A DNA stretch of 64,000 nt, from positions 62,001-126,000 of the forward strand of contig NIVC01002858.1 of assembly GCA_002269645.1 (NCBI GenBank). The letters are read 5' to 3'. Under the pieces are notes generated by a model. The model was not told the DNA's origin and searched no databases. It worked only from the letters and a program-made list of their open reading frames with translations. This stretch comes from Macrostomum lignano (taxonomy: Eukaryota). A program made the translations under genes and the position numbers. How positions within the stretch are numbered: the stretch's first letter is position 1; every line of letters starts with the position of its first letter. This document shows positions 58,201-64,000 of the stretch, piece after piece.

Positions 58201-61200
58201 GACCTGTGATTGTGTGCAATAACTAATCAGTCTGCAAAACCGACCTGTGATTGTGTGCAATAACTAATCAGTCTGCAAAACCGACCTGTCATTGTGTGCA
58301 ATAACTAATCAGTCTACAAAACCGACCTGTCATTGTGTGCAATAACTAATCAGTCTGCAAAACCGACCTGTGATTGTGTGCAATAACTAATCAGTCTGCA
58401 AAACCGACCTGTCATTGTGTGCAATAACTAATCAGTCTGCAAAACCGACCTGTCATTGTGTGCAATAACTAATCAGTCTACAAAACCGACCTGTCATTGT
58501 GTGCAATAACTAATCAGTCTGCAAAACCGACCTGTGATTGTGTGCAATAACTAATCAGTCTGCAAAACCGACCTGTGATTGTGTGCAATAACTAATCAGT
58601 CTGCAAAACCGACCTGTGATTGTGTGCAATAACTAATCAGTCTGCAAAACCGACCTGTCATTGTGTGCAATAACTAATCAGTCTGCAAAACCGACCTGTC
58701 ATTGTGTGCAATAACTAATCAGTCTACAAAACCGACCTGTCATTGTGTGCAATAACTAATCAGTCTGCAAAACCGACCTGTGATTGTGTGCAATAACTAA
58801 TCAGTCTGCAAAACCGACCTGTCATTGTGTGCAATAACTAATCAGTCTGCAAAACCGACCTGTGATTGTGTGCAATAACTAATCAGTCTACAAAACCGAC
58901 CTGTCATTGTGTGCAATAACTAATCAGTCTGCAAAACCGACCTGTGATTGTGTGCAATAACTAATCAGTCTGCAAAACTGACCTGTGAATGTGTGCAATA
59001 ACTAATCAGTCTACAAAGCCGACCTGTCATTGTGTGCAATAACTAATCAGTCTTAGGAATGATGAGTCTGTCACATTATGAAGACTATTCAAGATTCCTT
59101 TATTTGTCAAGCTCAAATGTTCTGTAGCCAGCTAGTGAACTTTTATTGACAAAATATTGAACTTTTTCAAAGCTTACAACAGTTTGTGAAGAGCTTGTAA
59201 GACTAAGAGCTAATGGTATAGTTGTCATATAAAACGCCATAAAAACCTCATGAATTTCAGGTGCACCCATCGATATGCAGCCAATGATTCCCGGTAAGTC
59301 TTGCTAGCTCTGCTTCATCATTCGCATTCCTTTTTTTGCCTAACTTTCGTCCATTTTTCATTTAAGCGCCTTCGAAGGGATGCTACCATTGGGGAATCAT
59401 TATTCCGTTCTTAGTAGAGAGATCAAAGAAGACTTCAAATACATGAGCCAACGAGTCTGCGCCTCTCACTGCTTGATGGAATTAGGATCTAAATACTTTG
59501 GCCTGGCTGATGGTAGACTGTGCCTCTGTGGAAATAAAATCCATAGCAAAACAATTGTTCCCAAGTTGGACTGCAAAGCTTCATGTTTCAACTATTTGTA
59601 TCATAAAAAGTGCGGCGGTAGGGGCGCAATAGAAGTATTCGATCTGAAGCCGGTACCGAAAATCTACTCCGGCCAAAGCGCTCTGGATGTCTACGAACCT
59701 GAAGGTGAGAAATTTAAGTGCATCAGAATCGACCTGTTATCGTGTGCTAATATTGAGCAGTCTGCAAAACCGACCTGTGATTGTGTGCAATAACTAATCA
59801 GTCTGCAAAACCGACCTGTAATTGTGTGCAATAACTAATCAGTCTGCAAAACTGACCTGTGATTGTGTGCAATAACTAATCAGTCTGCAAAACCGACCTG
59901 TGATTGTGTGCAATAACTAATCAGTCTGCAAAACCGACCTGTGATTGTGTGCAATAACTAATCAGTCTGCAAAACCGACCTGTCATTGTGTGCAATAACT
60001 AATCAGTCTGCAAAACCGACCTGTGATTGTGTGCAATAACTAATCAGTCTGCAAAACTGACCTGTGAATGTGTGCAATAACTAATCAGTCTGCAAAACCG
60101 ACCTGTGCTTGTGTGCAATAACTAATCAGTCTGCAAAACCGACCTGTGAATGTGTGCAATAACTAATCAGTCTGCAAAACCGACCTGTCATTGTGTGCAA
60201 TAACTAATCAGTCTGCAAAACTGACCTGTCATTGTGTGCAATAACTAATCAGTCTGCAAAACCGACCTGTAATTGTGTGCAATAACTAATCAGTCTGAAA
60301 AACCGACCTGTGAATGTGTGCAATAAGTAATCAGTCTACAAAACCGACCTGTCATTGTGTGCAATAACTAATCAGTCTTAGGAATGATGAGTCTGTCACA
60401 TTATGAAGACTATTCAAGATACTTTTATTTGTCAAGCTCAAATGTTCTGTAGCCAGCTAGTGAACTTTTATTGACAAAATATTAAACTTTTTCAAAGCTT
60501 ACAACAGTTTGTGAAGAGCTTGTAAAGATTAAGAGCTAATGGTATAGTTGTCATATAAAACGCCATAAAAACCTCATGAATTTCAGGTGCACCCATCGAT
60601 ATGCAGCCAATGATTCCCGGTAAGTCTTGCTAGCTCTGCTTCATCATTCGCATTCCTTTTTTTGCCTAACTTTCGTCCATTTTTCATTTAAGCGCCTTCG
60701 AAGGGATGCTACCATTGGGGGAATGGTTATTCCGTTCTTACTAGAGAGATCAAAGAAGACTTCAAATACATGAGCCAACGAGTCTGCGCCTCTCACTGCT
60801 TGATGGAAACAAGATGGAAATACTTTGGCCTGGCTGATGGTAGACGGTGCCTCTGTGGAAATAAAATCCAATCACAAATTATTCCCAAGTATTACTGCAA
60901 CGCTTCATGTTTCAACTATTTGTATCATAAAAAATGCGGCGGTAGGGGCGCAATAGAAGTATTCGATCTGAAGCCGGTACCGAAAATCTACTCCGGCCAA
61001 AGCGCTCTGGATGTCTACGAACCTGAAGGTGAGAAATTTAAGTGCATCAAAATCGACCTGTTATCGTGTGCTAATATTGAGCAGTCTGCAAAACCGACCT
61101 GTGATTGTGTGCAATAACTAATCAGTCTGCAAAACCAAACTGTGATTGTGTGCAATAACTAATCAGTCTGCAAAACCAAACTGTGATTGTGTGCAATAAC

Positions 61201-62013
61201 TAATCAGTCTGCAAAACCAAACTGTGATTGTGTGCAATAACTAATCAGTCTGCAAAACCAAACTGTGATTGTGTGCAATAACTAATCAGTCTGCAAAACC
61301 GACCTGTCATTGTGTGCAATAACTGAGCAGCCTCCTAAATTGAGTTGAGATTGTTTGCAATTATACAAACAAAAATAGTTTGCCACATTATGCAGGCTAT
61401 TCACGCGTTGCTTTTTCAAGCTCAAAGTGTACGGAAAAGTGTATGAACTTTTATTGATTGTCTTCAAAACAAGATTGTCTTTCGGGGCAATAAAACAACA
61501 ACTTTTTACAATCTGAAAATTTCAGCTTGTGAATATAGTATACTATTGAGCTCAAGAACGCCATCATAACCTGTAAATTTCAGGTGCACCCATCGATATG
61601 CAGCCCATGATTCCCGGTAAGTCTTGCTGGCTCTGCCTCATCATTCGCATTCTTTTACTTAACTTTCGTTCCATTTTTTTCAAGCGCCTTCGAAAGGATG
61701 CTACCTTTGGTACCTGAATGGAGATCATAGAGATTTTGCTTTAAAATATGAAGTTGACGAAGACTTCAAATACATGAGCCAACGAGTCTGCGCCACTCAC
61801 TGCTTGATGGAAAAAACTTGGAAATACTTTGGCCTGTTTGATGGTAGACGGTGCTTCTGTGGAGATGAAATCAGGTCCCGAAATGTTCTCAATTTGATAT
61901 GCAACGTTCAATGTTACAACTATTTGTATGGTGAAAAGTGCGGCGGTAGGGACGCAATGGAGATATTCGATCTGGTTCCGGTTCCGAAGAACTACTCTGG
62001 CGAAACTGCCTGA
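55288..62013 (+). CDS. Secreted protein with five tandem WSC domains (11 exons; frameshift in module 3)
   Basis: Signal-peptide exon 55288-55351. Then five pairs of a 33-nt microexon (56565-56597, 57443-57475, 59261-59293, 60587-60619, 61584-61616) and a WSC exon (56677-57012, 57549-57887, 59367-59704, 60693-61028, 61685-62013 with stop). All junctions are phase 1. Each WSC exon has 8 Cys (GC..CA[ST]HC..YFGL.DG..C.C..C...C..CGG). Confidence 0.85.
55620..56412. repeat. CT-rich ~18-bp repeat (CCCTCTGTTTTCTCT), WSC gene intron 1
   Basis: Explains the ORFs at 55443-56491. Confidence 0.95.
57060..61330. repeat. Four arrays of a 41-bp minisatellite, one after each internal WSC exon
   Basis: CAATAACTAATCAGTCTGCAAAACCGACCTGTGATTGTGTG at ~57065-57232, 57940-59050, 59757-60375 and 61079-61328 (about 4, 27, 15 and 6 copies). 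Confidence 0.95.
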
Positions 62014-62619
62014 CTGATGAAAGCTGCTGAATTGGATGCTTGAACAGAAACTGTCGTTAAACATCTGTTTAAATGCAAAATATAAACAATTGCAATGTTT
62101 CAAACAACTCTTATTTTACTGACTTTATCTAAAAACGGCACCAACTGCTGACTGACCCAAACCCTGATTTAACCATAGACTTAACCCTAAACCTAACCCT
62201 AATCAGAACCTGACCCTAACTCAATCCAACCTAACCTTACTGTATCCAATCAGATGCTCCTATTTAATCGTTACTCGCATTATTTAGCTCACCTGCAAGT
62301 AAGGTTTTTTGATAGAATTGATAAATTTAAAGCGCTAATTTGTCTAAACTTCAATGTGGTACGATACCACCTGAATGTCTCTGGATTGGGTTTCTAGACA
62401 GGGTGTCTGGACATAGACCTCCCGACACAGGTCTCTGACAGAGGTCTCCAGACAGAGTGAATTTAGTAACTGTAACTAACTAGCAATCTTCGCCCTCCCG
62501 ATGGGGACATCTGGATAGAATCCTTGCTCTTTACAAATAACAAATAGACAGCGAAATAAAGCCTTCATAAAAAACAACAGACATTCCCTCTAAAAACAAA
62601 ACATCCAAAGACAGCATTC

Positions 62620-63090
62620 AAGCATCGATCCCCAAATAGCAAGCATCCCCCAGACTGCAAGCATCCCCCAGATAGCAAGCACCCCCCCAGATAGCAAGCA
62701 ACCCCAGGATAGCAAGCATCCCCCCAGATAGCAAGCAACCCCAGGATAGCAAGCATCCCCCAGATAGCAAGCAACCCCCAGATAGCTAGCATAACCTGGA
62801 TACAAAGAGACTTTATAGATATCTAGCAACCCCCTCTCAGATAGCAAGTACCCTCCACCCCCCAAGAGCAAGCATCTTCCAATAGCAAGTTACCCCAGTA
62901 GCAAGCATCCTTCCGATAGCAAGCAACCCTCAGATAGCAAGCATCCCTCAGATAGCAAGCATCCCTCAGATAGCAAGCATCCCTCAGATAGCAAGCATCC
63001 CTCAGATAGCAAGCATCCCTCAGATAGCAATCATCCCCCTGATAGCAAGAAACCATCCTTAAATAGCAAGCATCCACCAGAGAACAAGTA
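62620..63090. repeat. Degenerate CAGATAGCAAGCATCCC repeat
   Basis: Read directly. Confidence 0.85.
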
Positions 63091-63295
63091 GCTAGTGCAA
63101 CAATTTCCTTAGCTTTATAGGCTCCATTTTGTTTGGCATGACACTTCTTTTTATGTTTGAAACGGTGTCTCTTTTATGTTTGAAATGATAGCTCTTTTAT
63201 GTTTGGCATGGTGGCTCTTTTATGTTTGACATGGTGGCTCTTTTATGTTTAGCATTTTGTGTTTTTAAGGTGTTTTAATAAAAAAATTATTTTGC

Positions 63296-63362
63296 ACTAC
63301 TAAGATTCGAACCCAGGTCGCTACATTAGCAGTTCAGTCTGTTCGCATCATATAGGCTATCT
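63296..63362 (-). mobile_element. Possible tRNA-derived SINE head
   Basis: Minus strand: TAGCCTATATGA...GACCTGGGTTCGAATC (A-box-like and B-box); no cloverleaf. Confidence 0.35.
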
Positions 63363-63689
63363 CTTTTCAATTGGAGAACATGAATTGTGGCCCTTATAGT
63401 TCAATACTTACAGCAAGTCGGTTAGAGTAAAAAGTTATGACATAATCAATTTCTCAGTCAGCCAGTATCAGTCTCAATTCAAGTTAGCAATATGGTTACG
63501 CAATTTAAATCAAGTCGTGTGCGCATTTCTTCGACACTGTTTTCAACTTGTTGTGATGCAATCTTTATCAGAATCAAAATTCAGTCAGTCAGTTTTTTCT
63601 CTAGCATTCTATCTTACAATGTGTTTCAAGTCTAAAATTTTGCTTGACCTTTGCAAAAAAGCTTGTTTTTCGAACATTGAGTAATTTCT

Positions 63690-63830
63690 TAGCCAGGATG
63701 CATGTACACCGTCCCAGGAAAATTTCTGATCGAATGGTGCAAGTTTGAAGAAAATCGGTTGAGCCGTTTTTCTCTAATCGATCACACAGCTACATACATA
63801 CATACATGCACAGACAACTCATTTTTAGGA
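63690..63830 (+). mobile_element. Possible Helentron/HINE (DINE-like) end fragment
   Basis: AAAATCGGTTGAGCCGTTT followed by an (ACAT)n tract, a pattern recalled from non-autonomous Helentron elements. Confidence 0.35.
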
Positions 63831-64000
63831 TATAGGAAAATCGAACGCTAATTTAATAAATTTCAGAATGATAGATCATATTAATGTAGTTCATATCGAT
63901 AGGTTATTTGAATGCAGGAATGTAATTAATGATCGTTTCAGTTCCCCACGAGGAATTATAGGACGTTTGAATACAATGAATGTGCTGATTGATAATCATT

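Noticed and set aside
62150-62240. Telomere-like AACCCT repeats
   Set aside because: Short, degenerate and interstitial; not a telomere.

Overview
This is eukaryotic (metazoan) genomic DNA. GC-rich exons are separated by introns that are often filled with tandem repeats; this style is reminiscent of the flatworm Macrostomum, but the organism is inferred, not shown. Most long ORFs in the supplied track are repeat read-throughs, so genes were assembled by hand using GT-AG sites and reading-phase checks. From left to right: (1) a 4-exon Rieske [2Fe-2S] gene, RFESD-like (+, 716-5781, 125 aa), missed by the ORF track; (2) an intronless secreted single-WSC-domain gene (-, 6949-7416); (3) a ~37-exon, ~4900-aa divergent dynein heavy chain, DNHD1-like (-, 8820-42859); (4) SSNA1/NA14 (+, 44364-46760), head-to-head with the dynein; (5) a UBXN10-like gene (+, 48937-49587); (6) a possible orphan transmembrane exon (-, ~53.0-53.35 kb); (7) a probable solo LTR; (8) a secreted five-WSC-domain gene (+, 55288-62013). 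There are about 35 micro/minisatellite arrays, two hAT-like MITEs, a decayed LINE 3' end and tRNA-derived SINE-like heads. No CRISPR array, rRNA or intact tRNA was found. The most notable observations are: the WSC gene is built from mosaic, diversified, phase-symmetric cassettes whose splice donor appears captured from the signal-peptide exon; an inverted pair of intronic minisatellites brackets the dynein AAA1 exons; and three ciliary genes are clustered.
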